A DNA stretch of 64,000 nt from Cyanidioschyzon merolae (Eukaryota): NCBI GenBank assembly GCA_000091205.1, contig AP006499.2, one strand, 5' to 3'. Under the pieces are notes generated by a model. The model saw nothing but the letters and a program-made list of their open reading frames with translations. It was not told where the DNA came from and ran no database searches. Of the stretch, positions 22,086 to 34,026 are shown piece after piece; within the stretch, counting starts at the first letter, position 1, and each line of letters opens with the position of its first letter. Both the position numbers and the translations under genes were made by a program.

Positions 22086-22785
22086 TATGAAAGCGGAGCA
22101 ACTGAAACGGCCTGTGCTCCTCCGAGTACGCCCAGCAATACCGACTCAGCGACAAGTTGGCTGCAGCGATGCGCCTCGGAGCGTTTCTTGCACTGCGGCT
22201 CGAAGCGCCGCCAATGGATTCGCTCTCGCTCATACGACAAGAATGTTGTGTCCCGTGACGTCTATGCACTACATGATTGCAGCGCATACTAGGGGATATT
22301 GCGTCACATGAGGGCTACTCACTGCAGTGTAGTCGCCAGCAATTGGGGATATTTTTGCCGGATTTTTATCCATACACGACGCTATAGGCGCTCATAGAGG
22401 CTACTGCATCATCGACCGGCAGCGGACAAACAATTGGAACGCGAACGCATTCTTCGCTCTGCAACAGCTGCAATAACTGTCGTACTTGCTACTCGGCAAC
22501 GAGAAGCTCGTGCGAGGTGCTCGTTATCCATACACAGCTGGCGAGAAGCGCAAACGCTAAGCTCACACTGTGTAAGAGTGTGCGTCTGGAAACCTGCACT
22601 CGCTGGTGCGCTCCGATGGCCGTTTTAGTCTCTGTGAGCGTCTGCTAGCCCGGGTTTTCGGAAGCAACACCCGCTTAGACGGCAACTAGGCAAGGCCTGC
22701 CTCGCTACGTCACGAGTGCCTCATCATCAGGCACGTTGCCGACCCATAGTGCGGCAGAACAAAGTGCTGACGTCACCTGGCGAAC

Positions 22786-25266
22786 ATGACCACTCTGGAC
22801 ACTGTGCTGGGCGGGCAGTGGGAGCCTCTCGAGAAGACCTTGAGCCGCCTGGAGACAGCGATACAGCGCGCTGCAAGCCTGGACTGGCAGCAGGTGCGGT
22901 CTGAACTAGCCAGCGCTGTTGCCCGAGCAGGCGAGCAATCTATTCCAGATGCACTGCGTTTACGGGTATGGAGGTTGGCTCTCGAGTGGCCGCAGTCGCA
23001 CGGCACGGCGCTGGTGCAGCCGGCAGAAGATCTGACACACGAGGCGTCTGCTGCAGAAACGCCTGCTGCGACTCTCATTGAAGCACAAGAGAGCATAGAG
23101 GAGCGTTTCGCTCCCAGCGATGTCAACACATTGTCCATCGCACTTTTAGGTGAGACGGCTGGCAACGGGGCTGATCTCATAGACTCGCCGACAGATGCCC
23201 ACCGCTTCGATACTTTGTGGACAGATACGGTAGTTGCCGGCGAGTCCAGACCTAAGGCTTCAGAGACGCCAGCCACTCGAAAAAACGATGCACCTTACGC
23301 AGCGGTGGACGAGTCGGAGAGCACTGCGCGCGGAGCAAGCTCCGACACCGCACGTGAAGCGGCCCCAGGTAAAGGTCCAGTGTCAGCAGGCATGCCGAGC
23401 ACCCTCGAGAACGACGTCTACGATGTGCTCGAGCAGGACGTGCTGCGAACGCGTCGCGGTACGACAGTGTTCGAGCGTGCTGCCGCGAGAACGCTTCTGA
23501 CGCAATGGTTGTGCACTTTTTGCGAAACACACGGCGTGCCATACATGCAAGGCATGAATGAGGTAGCTGCGGTTTTCGTATATCTGCATGAAACGCAGCA
23601 TTCACCTGTCGCTGACTGCACGTGCTACGCGCTGTATGAGCGCTTCGAGGAAAGGTTTGTGCCGCTCACCGCCGACCTGGGACCTGACCCGTTCCGCTGC
23701 CTCAAGCTGGCCTTCGAACTGCTAACAGCCCTGCTCTGGTTCCACGATCCCGAGCTGGCTGTGCGATTAGAGCGGTACCAGCTTACGCCGGACATGTTCT
23801 CCACATCTTGGCTTGTAACCGTTTTCGCACGCAACCTATCGCTTGATGCAGTTTTGGCGCTTTGGGACGCGCTGGTGCTGGCCGGTGACCCTCTATTAAC
23901 GATTTTTGTGGCACTTGTGTGCCTAGAGTCCAATCGACAAAGCCTGCTGATGGCGAGCGAGGCGTCGCTGCCGGAGCAGTTGCTATCCATTCCCCTGCAG
24001 AGTCGCCAGGACATTGAGGCGGCCTGGCAATGGGCCCGCAAACTCGAGAGTCGCACCCCTGCAGAGGCGCTCCGTCGAAGTCGCAATGTCATGTTCGGCC
24101 CGAGCCCAGTGCCCGCTGAGGGAACGGCATTCCGAGAAGTCACCATCGTGGTCGCATTCGAGCCCCATGAAGTGATCGCGTCGCTCGAAAAGCCGTGCAA
24201 TGATGGCACACGAGCGCCGCTGCCCGCTTTGCTGCTGGACTGCCGCCCGAGCGACGAGCGTCAGTATGGTTACTTGCCGGAGGCGATTCCGCTTGACCTT
24301 GATGAGCTGCGTGATGCTGTGGTGCACGGCTGGGAGCCATGCCTTGATCGCTTCCGCGAAGATGTCTTTGCCCAGCGCATCGTACAGCATGTACTGGAAC
24401 GTTTCGGTGCCAGTCATGATGGCAAAATTTGGATTTGCCTTGTGGGTTCAGGCCCTCCGACGTATTTCGATGTCGATGAAAACGCATTTGACGTTCTACC
24501 TCTGAAGAGAATACTTGAGTACCAGGGCGTGCACTATGTAGCATCACTGCGTCACGGGTTTGCAGCCTGTGAGGCGCTGGCGAAGCGCGGATCACTCGCC
24601 CTCGCGCACTATGATGCCGCTGCACTAGCCCAGGCGCGTCAAGCAAAGTGTGCACGCTTGGCGGGAGTACGTCCCCCGGGGCCGGTCGCTCCGCCGCATG
24701 TGACATCGCGTATCGCTCCTCCGGGGTCGCATCCTGAAGAGTGCCTCGATCGGCAAGTATCGCAGACACTCGGTATGGTATCGCTGCAAGCGATCGACTC
24801 CACGTTGCTGGGCACGTCTGCACTGCACGGCTGGCTCGATGGTACGCAACTGATGTTGGCGAAGCATACGCCCCTGGATATAGGATCACCGGCACTTCTT
24901 CGGCGCTTGACGCTTTATCCCTGTCTGAAGTTGCAGCGCAAAAGCGGCGTTTTCGTGAATCGCTATCTGGGGATAACCAGATGTCGCTTCTTCGTGCTTG
25001 CGCCTGATCGAGCACGCAACACGCTCATGTATGTCAAGTCGAGTCGGCATTTGTTGCTGCTGAAGCGTATCCTCTTTCGGAAGGAAAGTCGTGAGCTCGT
25101 CATTTTTGAGTTTCGCGCTCCAGATTCGCAGCTTATCGATAAGCGTATTACGTGCCATCTGGCGGACGGGCTCAGCGACTGTGTTGAGTCTATACGTAGG
25201 CGCCTGCGACAGCTGAGGCTCGAGTCACGACTCGGTTCGCGCGCTGCACGCGACACCGCCACATGA
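22786..25266 (+). CDS. TBC-domain Rab GTPase-activating protein with C-terminal rhodanese-like domain
   Basis: TBC signatures …TQWLCTFCETHGVPYMQGMNEVAAVFVYL… and …YQLTPDMFSTSWLVTVFARNLSLDAVLALWDALVLAGDP…; a rhodanese-like segment (LLLDCRPSDERQYGYLPEAIPLD…). Confidence 0.8.
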   Translation: MTTLDTVLGGQWEPLEKTLSRLETAIQRAASLDWQQVRSELASAVARAGEQSIPDALRLRVWRLALEWPQSHGTALVQPAEDLTHEASAAETPAATLIEAQESIEERFAPSDVNTLSIALLGETAGNGADLIDSPTDAHRFDTLWTDTVVAGESRPKASETPATRKNDAPYAAVDESESTARGASSDTAREAAPGKGPVSAGMPSTLENDVYDVLEQDVLRTRRGTTVFERAAARTLLTQWLCTFCETHGVPYMQGMNEVAAVFVYLHETQHSPVADCTCYALYERFEERFVPLTADLGPDPFRCLKLAFELLTALLWFHDPELAVRLERYQLTPDMFSTSWLVTVFARNLSLDAVLALWDALVLAGDPLLTIFVALVCLESNRQSLLMASEASLPEQLLSIPLQSRQDIEAAWQWARKLESRTPAEALRRSRNVMFGPSPVPAEGTAFREVTIVVAFEPHEVIASLEKPCNDGTRAPLPALLLDCRPSDERQYGYLPEAIPLDLDELRDAVVHGWEPCLDRFREDVFAQRIVQHVLERFGASHDGKIWICLVGSGPPTYFDVDENAFDVLPLKRILEYQGVHYVASLRHGFAACEALAKRGSLALAHYDAAALAQARQAKCARLAGVRPPGPVAPPHVTSRIAPPGSHPEECLDRQVSQTLGMVSLQAIDSTLLGTSALHGWLDGTQLMLAKHTPLDIGSPALLRRLTLYPCLKLQRKSGVFVNRYLGITRCRFFVLAPDRARNTLMYVKSSRHLLLLKRILFRKESRELVIFEFRAPDSQLIDKRITCHLADGLSDCVESIRRRLRQLRLESRLGSRAARDTAT

Positions 25267-26269
25267 GGGTGCATTGCTGGGCGCTCCCAGAGCGCTGCAT
25301 CCGGAAAGAGAGAGTCGACGTCGCCACGAATGTGGCTCTGCTTTGCGTTGACGCAGATCGTGGCGTAAGTTGCCGAAGCGGTACCTCGTTCATATGCGGG
25401 AAATGTGACGCGACGCTGGGCAACGCGCGGCACATGGATACGCAAGCGCAGCCTGCATTCACAGTGCGTCCACGAATCGCACCGTGTCCCGCCCTTACCC
25501 ATATCTCCAGTGCAGTGTATAGCAGCGCTGAGCGCACGATCAGCTTGCATCGCAAAGCGCCTGTATTCAGTGGTGAGAGGTCGCAATGCCTGTTGTCTAC
25601 AGCATCGTATATGTGTGTGGATATCGAGCTGGGGTGCGCACACAGCGGCATTTTCATGTCGTAGTTCTCCATGCGGTGTCCGTGGATGCGCTAACGATGG
25701 AGAGTCGGTACCTGGCGAGTCGTTGGATCCGTAAAACATCTAATGCGGAGGAGAATCGTATCGAACCGGTGCTCATGGATGCCTGAGGTGTCTGCGATGT
25801 CGGTCTGAGCCTCTCTTCACTGGTGACGGTGCGGATCGTGCGTTCGGGAGACGCGGATTCGATTCATCGATTTTTTGTTGTAAGGTGACGCTTTGATTAG
25901 CAGCCAGTCGCATGCCGAGATCCGAGTTTCTGCTCGGACCAAGCGCCTTTCTGGATGAGGAGCGATCGTGCACTGTTATCTGGGGTACTCTTTGCCGATC
26001 GGGAGTGCTCCAAGAATTCTGTTCTTGCGATACATCACTGCAACATACAGCAGTATCCCTGCATCAACTTACAGATAAGCTCGGGAGCGCAATGATGACT
26101 TGTTTGGAGATGCTCGCGCATCGCAACTTGCTGACTTGAAAAGCAAAGACGTCAGTACCGACTTGACGCTGGGTGTATGTCATTGGTCGCTAATCAACGC
26201 AACGGGAGCAGATCAGCCGGTGACACATCACGAGACAGCACGTCGAATACGCCCTGCTCACAACACGTT

Positions 26270-27247
26270 TCACGAAGAGGAGGTATCCGCATCGCATGGA
26301 CGAGGGTCCAGTGTCGTGTACACCTGATCTACATCATCTATGGCTTGCAGCGCTTCGACGCCTGCATGAATGAGGTCCCGATCTGCCTCAGAAACCGGGG
26401 GCGGTATCAGTTTCGGGACCATAACAAGCTCACTGGTGCTAAGCTTCACACCCGCTGTTGTGAGGGCTTGGGCGACCTGTGCGAGCGCACCAGGCGGTGT
26501 CCATACCAGAAACTCGCTTCGTCCCATCGGCGTGTCATCCATGGCGAGGTGCTGCAGGTCGTCGGCGCCCGCATCTGCAACGATGAGAAGCAACGAATCA
26601 GGGTCAAACTGTGAGGATTCAGCGTCCTCTTCCGACACGAATGCACGGATGCAACCTTTTCGTTCAAAAAGATGTTGAACCGCACCAGCCGAGGCCATCT
26701 GAAGACCTGCCTTGCGCGCAACGAGTCGCACTTCTGCTGCTGTACGGTTCAGGTTGTCTGTGAGGGCCTCCACCAAAATTCCTACCCCATGTGGACCAAA
26801 AAGCTCGTAGATAGCGGACTCGAAGTTCGCTTGCTCAGACGCGCTTGCCTTGGTAAGAGCCCGAGCCACGTTTTCCTTCGGAACACCACGCTCAATAGCT
26901 TCCCGTACAATGGCGTCTACATCACCGCCCGCTTTTGCAGTCTGGACGATCCGCTTTCCATAGCGGGCAAAGAGCTTCACGCGCGCTAGCTCACTCGCCT
27001 GCTTTCTCGCCATGATCTTGGCGTAGCGCCGACCCATGTGCAAACTCAATACACCGCCCGTCCGTGCAATGCGTCGGTCCAAGGGATGCACCGCAGTCTG
27101 CGATCGCACGCTTCTACGCAAACGGCCAGAAGGCACTTGGTGCTCGGAGGAGCTTCGCGCTCGCCTCGCCCAAGGCACCCGGGATCCGTTCGGTACGATA
27201 TCCGGATTCGCCCCCAAAATCCAGAACAGCTTCATATTCATACACAA
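26270..27247 (-). CDS. YebC/TACO1-family protein (probable mitochondrial translational activator)
   Basis: …MGRRYAKIMARKQASELARVKLFARYGKRIVQTAKAGGDVD… matches the YebC N-terminus ([26 protein letters not shown]…). The upstream 70 codons may be a targeting peptide, or the start may be the internal Met. Confidence 0.75.
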   Translation of the reverse strand: MCMNMKLFWILGANPDIVPNGSRVPWARRARSSSEHQVPSGRLRRSVRSQTAVHPLDRRIARTGGVLSLHMGRRYAKIMARKQASELARVKLFARYGKRIVQTAKAGGDVDAIVREAIERGVPKENVARALTKASASEQANFESAIYELFGPHGVGILVEALTDNLNRTAAEVRLVARKAGLQMASAGAVQHLFERKGCIRAFVSEEDAESSQFDPDSLLLIVADAGADDLQHLAMDDTPMGRSEFLVWTPPGALAQVAQALTTAGVKLSTSELVMVPKLIPPPVSEADRDLIHAGVEALQAIDDVDQVYTTLDPRPCDADTSSS

Positions 27248-27427
27248 GTAGTCAAAGAGGATCCCGAATAGATGCTACTCATGAGAAAATGAACTGCACA
27301 ACAGCCAGCAGTCCACAAATGCACAGACAAACAAAAGGTCGGTCGCCCTTGGAGCAGATGATCGCACGTCGGCCCTAGCGCGTACGCTTGAGGAGACGAT
27401 TCTGCCGTCGTTCCACAGACGCTTCTG

Positions 27428-29323
27428 TTGCTTTTCCCTAGGAACATCATGTTTTGTATAACGAGCACTTTCACAAGCCCAGTACACAGCAGCAGAGCGG
27501 GTGGGTCGGTTTACGCCTGCAAGCTACGGCGAAAAAGCTTGCGAAAGCACGTGTTAACGCAGCCGTGGCCGCAAACGTTGCGGCTCTGTGCTGCAGGATC
27601 GGTGGGCGACGACTCGGCTTCAGAGAGCGGTGTGGAGCCTGGGATGCCTCCCGAAAAAGCGCAAGTCACGAGTTCGGCTACTGATCCAGAGCTCGAACGA
27701 CTACGCTTGGCGGTAGAGCGAGCGAAGCTTGAAGCAGAGCGGGCACGTTTGCAGGCAGAAAAGGCCCGGTTGGAGGCCGAAAAGGCCAAAATAGAGGCAG
27801 AAAAGCAACGCCTTGCAAAGGAAAAGGAGAAAGAGAAAGCGGCACTTGCGGCTAAGGGTACCGCAGCCGTTGCCAGCGGTATTGCACAGCCTGCAGCGAA
27901 CACAGACGCGACTGCGGGTGCCCAGCAGAGCGGGACGCGTTCGCCGACAAACGACGCCGGCGGAAAACAGCCCGAGCGGGGCAGCGCACCCTTGAACAAC
28001 ACGGACCCTGCACTCCGCAGGGCTATCGAGAGCGGCATGCTTGACGAACGCAGCATGGCGCTGTTGTCGCAAATGGGGTCGTTTGTGCTCGGCGGTGGTA
28101 TCTCCGACGACGACCTGAAGCTCCTCCAAGAGAAGGTACTGACCTTCGATACCTTCATGGCAAACCAAATCACAAGAACACCTATTGGTGTTGTCATTCG
28201 AGGGCGCCTTCGTGTGCAGAATCCCTCAGAAGCCTATCAAAGGCTCGAAATGGCCCTGGCAAACACCGGACTGAACCAGCGCCTTCGATTGTTTTTGATG
28301 GAAGATCCGAGGTCGCCATTCCTCACGGATGACGAGCTGCTCGTGGATAGTGCAGACGAGTCTGCGCGGCTGCGCTCGCCTCCTATTATCGTGGTGATGC
28401 CGATCACTTCCGAACCAGCAGGCATAGGTATCTGGCAGTACCTCCTGGCCAGCGTTCTCGGAGTGACAGCGTTATTTACAACGTTTGGCTATGGAGTGGG
28501 TGTTTTTGGGCTTTCGCCGGACTTTGCTCAACAGATTGCGCGCGGTAACATCGATGTGGTATCCGAGACGCTCCCCGTGTCCATTGGGGCAGTTGGGATT
28601 CTCGTGGCTCACGAGCTCGGCCATCGAATCGCAGGTGCAGTTCGGGGCGTGAAACAGGGCTTGTCGTTCGTGATCCCCTCGCTGCAGATTGGTTACTATG
28701 GCTGCGTGACACCGCTGAAAAGTTTCCCTCGAAACAGGTCGTCGCTTTTTGACGTGGCTGTGGCCGGACCTGTGGCTGGTCTCGTGAGCTCTGTCGTCGC
28801 CCTGCTTGCAGGCCTCGTTCTGACGGTACAGCAGGGGAGTACGCCGCTGGACTGGTTTCCGCAGATACCCTCTGCGCTCTTCGACGCCTCGCTGTTCATA
28901 GGCACCCTGGGCAAGGCTATTCTACCACAAAGCGCGCTTTCGCAACCGACAATTGCTGTCCATCCGCTGTTTGTGGTAGGCTATACCGGTTTGTTGAGTC
29001 AGGCACTGCAACTGCTCCCGATTGGGCGCACGGATGGAGGCCGAATGGTTCAGGCAGCGTTCGGACGTCGCATTGCCGGCAGAGTCAGCGGAATTACGTT
29101 GCTTTTACAGGCTCTAGCCTCGGTTTTGGGGAACTCGCCCCTGCTCCTTTTTTACGGGCTGGTGGTGATCTTTTTGCAGCGTGAGCAGGAACTTCCCTGC
29201 CTGGATGAAGTATCTGAGCCCGATAATGCCCGCAGAGTAACGACTTTTGTGCTGCTTCTTATCACGATGCTCATTCTGTTGCCTTTCCCGTCACAATTTG
29301 GAGACATAACTGGCCAGTTTTGA
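27428..29323 (+). CDS. M50 site-2-protease family metalloprotease, EGY-like, with N-terminal coiled-coil/low-complexity region
   Basis: HExxH zinc motif (ILVAHELGHRIAG). The second M50 motif is in LLPIGRTDGGRM (the LDG-type motif). There are several transmembrane segments. The N-terminus is Ala/Glu/Lys-rich coiled-coil (ERARLQAEKARLEAEKAKIEAEKQRLAKEKEKEK). Confidence 0.8.
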   Translation: MLFPRNIMFCITSTFTSPVHSSRAGGSVYACKLRRKSLRKHVLTQPWPQTLRLCAAGSVGDDSASESGVEPGMPPEKAQVTSSATDPELERLRLAVERAKLEAERARLQAEKARLEAEKAKIEAEKQRLAKEKEKEKAALAAKGTAAVASGIAQPAANTDATAGAQQSGTRSPTNDAGGKQPERGSAPLNNTDPALRRAIESGMLDERSMALLSQMGSFVLGGGISDDDLKLLQEKVLTFDTFMANQITRTPIGVVIRGRLRVQNPSEAYQRLEMALANTGLNQRLRLFLMEDPRSPFLTDDELLVDSADESARLRSPPIIVVMPITSEPAGIGIWQYLLASVLGVTALFTTFGYGVGVFGLSPDFAQQIARGNIDVVSETLPVSIGAVGILVAHELGHRIAGAVRGVKQGLSFVIPSLQIGYYGCVTPLKSFPRNRSSLFDVAVAGPVAGLVSSVVALLAGLVLTVQQGSTPLDWFPQIPSALFDASLFIGTLGKAILPQSALSQPTIAVHPLFVVGYTGLLSQALQLLPIGRTDGGRMVQAAFGRRIAGRVSGITLLLQALASVLGNSPLLLFYGLVVIFLQREQELPCLDEVSEPDNARRVTTFVLLLITMLILLPFPSQFGDITGQF

Positions 29324-30970
29324 AGCCAGGGAACAGTCGCAGTACGATACTGCAAATTGCGGCGTTTCCTGTTACCCGCAAATATGAGGGACCACCGCCC
29401 TCGCGATTCAGCAAATCATAAAGGGGCCAGATAGCGATTTCTCTCGATTTGGCACTGGGTGTGCCTCGCGATGGGCTTCAACGACGTCGAGGACGCATAT
29501 GCAGCCGTGCGCTGCATGCCAACGAGCCCAGCCTTTGCCCTCATTGATGCCGCTCTCTGACTCGTCGCTCAGCGGTGTGCTGTGCTGGCGGTACGTCACG
29601 CGGAAGCGTCCACATCGCGAACAACTTGATCTCGATCCGACGCTCGGTAGGGTACGAAGCAGGCGTCCTTTGTCCGCTCGGCGTCCGCAACGGCGCTATA
29701 AAAGCGCCTTTGGAGGCACGCACGGGTAGCGCAAAACTCGAAAGATCGCTAGAACGAATCATAATGTCCAAGTGGAAGTCTGGATGGTGATTGCTGAAAC
29801 CTAGCGGGTCTGAAGTGCAGCGCAGTGATACATGCTTCCCTAGACCCCGATAAACATCGCGCCATCGGGTATCTCTGGTCACCTTCAACGATGCTGTACG
29901 ATGGAAAAGGCGGTACGCACAATACGCTCTGTCGTAGCCGATTTCTGCGGCGTGAATGCACCGCATGGGAGGCTGTTGGGGCGTACCTGCGGGTCGTTCC
30001 AGTTTTGATCGACGAAACGTTTACACTGACGGGGACACCCGATGACACCCTTTCGCTGCAGGCTCATCCGCGGCAGCGACAGGTCCGCAATGCGCCTGCT
30101 ACGTCGACTCGCGTGCGCGCAGTGCCTGATCCACAAATCCAGCGGTGCTTGTGCTCAAACGCCTGCAAACACAGTATGCAACGGGCTGTCTAGCTCGGAG
30201 GATACCACCATGCGAGAGCTTTCGCGTGAGCCCAACAGCGCCAGTGACGGCTGGTCGTCCACAGCGCAGGCGATGGTTCCTTGTGCAGATCTGAGCGACA
30301 CCAGCAGTTGACTCCAACAAAAGCCGAGTTACATCTGCTCGCTGGAGCGCCCGATTCTCCAGGGACAAGAGCGGGTCTCTCTGCAGCACTGCCCCGGAGG
30401 AAATCTACTGGATGTAACATCGAGCGATTTCTGTGCATGTGCTTTACGACCTAAACAGCGCCACTTCTCTACAACCTCTCAAATACATGTCCCTCTCCAT
30501 GAAATGGAACCAATGCGCTATGAATCTGCAACCTAAAAGGAACGGTTCTGTGAAACCGTTCTTCGTTTCGGATTCTGGCCTCACAGAACGCGCTGGCGTC
30601 CGCTAGGGGCGTACCGCAGAACGGTAATTCACAGTGATGTCGCTCATATGAACATATGGCCTGTTTGACGAACATTCTCCTGGTGAAAGAGCAAAAGCAA
30701 TTGCGCTTCATACACTGTATGGACACAATTCACGCTTGCATCTTGCGATCGACATTGAACTACAGCGCGATTGTTTGGCAGGAGCGCATGGCGAGCCGGA
30801 GGCCCTCCCTACTGGCCATGTTACTCGGTTTTCAACTGCTTTGGCCACATATCTGTCGAGTGCTCTTCGTCTCGGGCCGAGGACACAAGCATTCCTGCTG
30901 ACCAACGTCAATGCTCTCTTCGCATGGACCGCATCCGAAGCATCAAGCTCAGTATGCGAGGTCGCACATG

Positions 30971-32062
30971 TCATCCCCCTTCATCAGGTCCACTTGTTGA
31001 GGACGCCGCAGCTTCATCGGCGGCGTCCGTCAGGAAGCTCCAGAGATACGATGGAAGCGATGCACTGGATGCCTCCAGGCAATGCGCGCGCGTTTCTGCT
31101 CGTTCCATGGCTTTCCGCATCACGTTCGCCCGCGGATCCATCGTACCACCGCGCTCGAAAATGTGCATGAGCTCGTCTGTGCCCCCTGCTCCCTGAGAAC
31201 CGACTGAAGACGCAAAGTTCAATGGTAAAAGGAGACGACGATCCAGGGCAACAATCAGTGCACCCCACGGTGTCAGCATAGAAGACTCTCTATCCTGTTC
31301 TGCACTCTTCAAAGTCGACGGCCCCGTGCCCACAAGAGGTCCAATCAAAAACTCCATGAACGGCCAAATACCTAGACCCACATCCACGGTCATCGAACTC
31401 AGGCTTTCCAAGTTTACGCAATGGTCATCCCAGTAGCAATCCCAAATAAGGGGCTCTGAACCAGCTGGTGCGCGTGGAACACCCCATATAACCCGCATCC
31501 GGCTGTAGCGCCCTTGAAGAGCCGAACTCCCGCAGACCAGCACAGCGACGTACCCGTTGAGGGCAATCCATCGCGCAAAATATCCCAGAGAGCCCAGCGC
31601 TGCGCAGCTGGTACCGAAAGCACTGACGAGCGCGATGCCATGGGCGGCGACGCGGTCCAAGCACGTGCGCGTTGCGACGCTAAGCACAAGCGTCATATCC
31701 GTGCCACGCCCTTCCAGGCTCGCCACGAGTTTGTGGGCCCGCACGAACCGCAAACTAGGTGTCGGGGGCAACGCGCTCGGGGGGTCTGCAATACAGTTGG
31801 CGAGCTCACGCAGCTCGCACTCCAGACTGTGCAGTCTGTCCGACTCTGGGGTCTCGTCGCATATTCGCGACACTTGCAGGGCCTCTAAAGACCGGTACAC
31901 CAATTCACTATTCCCATCTATGCAACAGAATACGAATACGTCTGCAACGAGAGCTGCTGCCCGAGGTTCGTAGCCACGTGTGCGCAGAAAACAGAAAAAT
32001 CGCAAACGCAGATCTTCCAGAGACACCGCAACGTCTTCACTTGATGCGCGAATCATGAACAC
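30971..32062 (-). CDS. Hypothetical protein (363 aa), no confidently recognised domain
   Basis: Long ORF flanked by real genes. Composition is protein-like but no family was recognised by eye. Confidence 0.3.
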   Translation of the reverse strand: MFMIRASSEDVAVSLEDLRLRFFCFLRTRGYEPRAAALVADVFVFCCIDGNSELVYRSLEALQVSRICDETPESDRLHSLECELRELANCIADPPSALPPTPSLRFVRAHKLVASLEGRGTDMTLVLSVATRTCLDRVAAHGIALVSAFGTSCAALGSLGYFARWIALNGYVAVLVCGSSALQGRYSRMRVIWGVPRAPAGSEPLIWDCYWDDHCVNLESLSSMTVDVGLGIWPFMEFLIGPLVGTGPSTLKSAEQDRESSMLTPWGALIVALDRRLLLPLNFASSVGSQGAGGTDELMHIFERGGTMDPRANVMRKAMERAETRAHCLEASSASLPSYLWSFLTDAADEAAASSTSGPDEGG

Positions 32063-33123
32063 AGCAGCATAAACTCAAGGTTGCAGCCCAACCTAGATGA
32101 TATCCCAAAGCAGACTTACAAAGTGTAACCAGTCCTACCACAGGGCCGGCACTTGCCCTCCCGAACACAACCCAGACCGAACAATACGAATTGATTGTAT
32201 AGAGCAGGCCGTTGGAGCCGACTACGAGGTTTGGCTTCGCCAATCGCGCGCGCCAGCTCAACGCGCATTCGGTTACCGCAAGTGCATCGCAGAAATCAGA
32301 CAAAGGCGACGTCGCACGGAGCACACTTCAAATGAAACGGCGTCGTGATTGGAGCAGTGCCAGGAGCGCCGCGCACACCTCAGATGAAACGCATTCGCAT
32401 GCGTGTGTGGCTGCGTGTGTTCGGATCGACGAGCGTCAGGCGCACTGCGATGCGCCTCAGTGCAGCAGCAGCAGCAACGAGATCGGCACAAGATTACGAA
32501 GCGATGCGTGCCGGCGCGCGCGTTGTTTCCGAGATCCCAGGCGTCGACGCGTCGATGGTGGTGGTGGTGGCAGGCGGGCGCCTGGATCTCCATGTATGTC
32601 AGGGCGGTACTGCGATGGGCAGTAGCGTCGGCACCAGCGACAGAGCCTATAGCAAGAGATTATTCTACGTGAGTTTCCGATCTACGAGACTTTATTTCAG
32701 CTGCAGCACGATGCGAACACGCATGTGCCAAGGCGGGGTCTTGGACACGTGTCCTTCATCGATCGGTGAGGCGTCTCGCGCGGTGCACGCATCTCGCGAA
32801 GTGAGCGCATCTGGGGGATCAGGCAGTCAATTGGAGCGACGCGCGTGTCGCCGTTGTTGAAGGGAAACGCGATGTTGATCTCTAGTGTGTTGTTCAGCTG
32901 TAAAAGTTGTATTTGCGTTGGAGTCGAACAAAAATATAGTTTTCAATTCATTTGTGTTTCAGCCCTCAAACAAGTCTAGTCAAGTGTTCTTTCGCAGTAT
33001 ATAACAGAAGGGTTCACAGAGCGTTCTTTCTCAAGAAACTGAAAAAAGAAAAGTTATGAAAAGCAAGTCCACGATCCTGGAGGCCCAGGGCCGCCGGCTG
33101 CCAGACAAAAAAAACGAAAAACA

Positions 33124-34026
33124 GTGCCGAGTCCAGAAGAAAAGGAAGAGAAGAAGAACCGAAATGGGGAGGCCCTACGTCGAAGGCTGCAAGAAAGACG
33201 ACAGTACAACGAGATGGTGGTGAAAGCCTTTCTTCTTGGACATATCAAGGATCCGTACAGGGAAAAGTTGCGAGACGCTATCGAAAAACTTGTCGACTCG
33301 TACTCCAAGAGTACTGTCAAGGCGTCGTCAGGACTGATGCATTTGGCGAGGGAGATGTACGAAGACGTGGCGCACATGGAAACGGTCGAGATTCCGGACG
33401 AGTTTTTCGACAAGACGTTTATTCGTCACCTGATGCTTGGTACAGCGGAAACGCGGAGGGAAAATGAGCGGGTTCACGCTCTTCACGAAAACTTCGCGGA
33501 GCTCCGCTTCGAGAGTAATCGATACAGGGGTGATCGGGATATTTAGACAAACGGAGCGAAAAAGCACATCACCAGTCTGAAGTACCATTTGACAGTGAAC
33601 ATCGAACGTTTCGTGATACGGGCCGTGTTTCCACTCTACTCGAGCCTATCTCGCAATGGAAAATGGGCGATTATCAATGACATCACGAACGATCGTAATC
33701 ATGAAGATGAGGTCGAATTTGTCGACAAGAAGGCGGCAAACCAGAGCACGAATGAAGCTTCTGAAATCCGTGCGGTTATACAAGAGCACCGTGCGGTACT
33801 AGGGTTGGCGAATCCAACAGAAAAGATATCAGAGCTGAAAAAAGATAAGGAAAGATGCTATCGCCTCGTCTTACGGTATTTCGCGTTTTCGTTCCGAGAA
33901 CTCGAACCCAAGACCGAAAAGCGTCTGAGTAGGGGAAAAATGCAGAGTCGGAGAGACGGAAGGTTTTTGCAATGGGGAAGCGCTTCAACGTGGTTCCAAT
34001 GTGCAACATTAAGTCACATTTTGTGA
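33124..34026 (+). CDS. Element-encoded N-terminal ORF (~300 codons), conserved in all three copies; single in-frame TAG at 33544 in copy B
   Basis: …EEKEEKKNRNGEALRRRLQERRQYNEMVV…LMHLAREMYEDVAHMETVEIPDEFFDKTF…HENFAELRFESNRYRGDRDI*…HLTVNIERFVIRAVFPLYSSLSRNGKWAIINDITNDRNHEDEVEFVDKK… aligns with copy C (57773-57112, minus strand) and copy A (1475-1837). Copy C has TAT/TAC (Tyr) where copy B has TAG. Function is unknown; it is possibly an N-terminal extension of the nuclease joined by splicing. Confidence 0.4.

Noticed and set aside
11391-33546. Alternative genetic code (TAA/TAG reassigned to sense) as the explanation for in-frame stops in FTR1 and Fanzor copy B
   Set aside because: Genes in the window end at TAA, TAG or TGA at the lengths expected from homologues (for example NRS/ER, the dehydratase and ProB end at TAG; V-ATPase E ends at TAA). 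Standard stop usage is therefore most parsimonious.
33124-34026. Element N-terminal ORF as an IS607-type TnpA serine recombinase partner of TnpB
   Set aside because: No serine-recombinase catalytic motif (…GYxRVSS…) or resolvase-like fold signature is visible. The element therefore looks like a stand-alone Fanzor-type unit.
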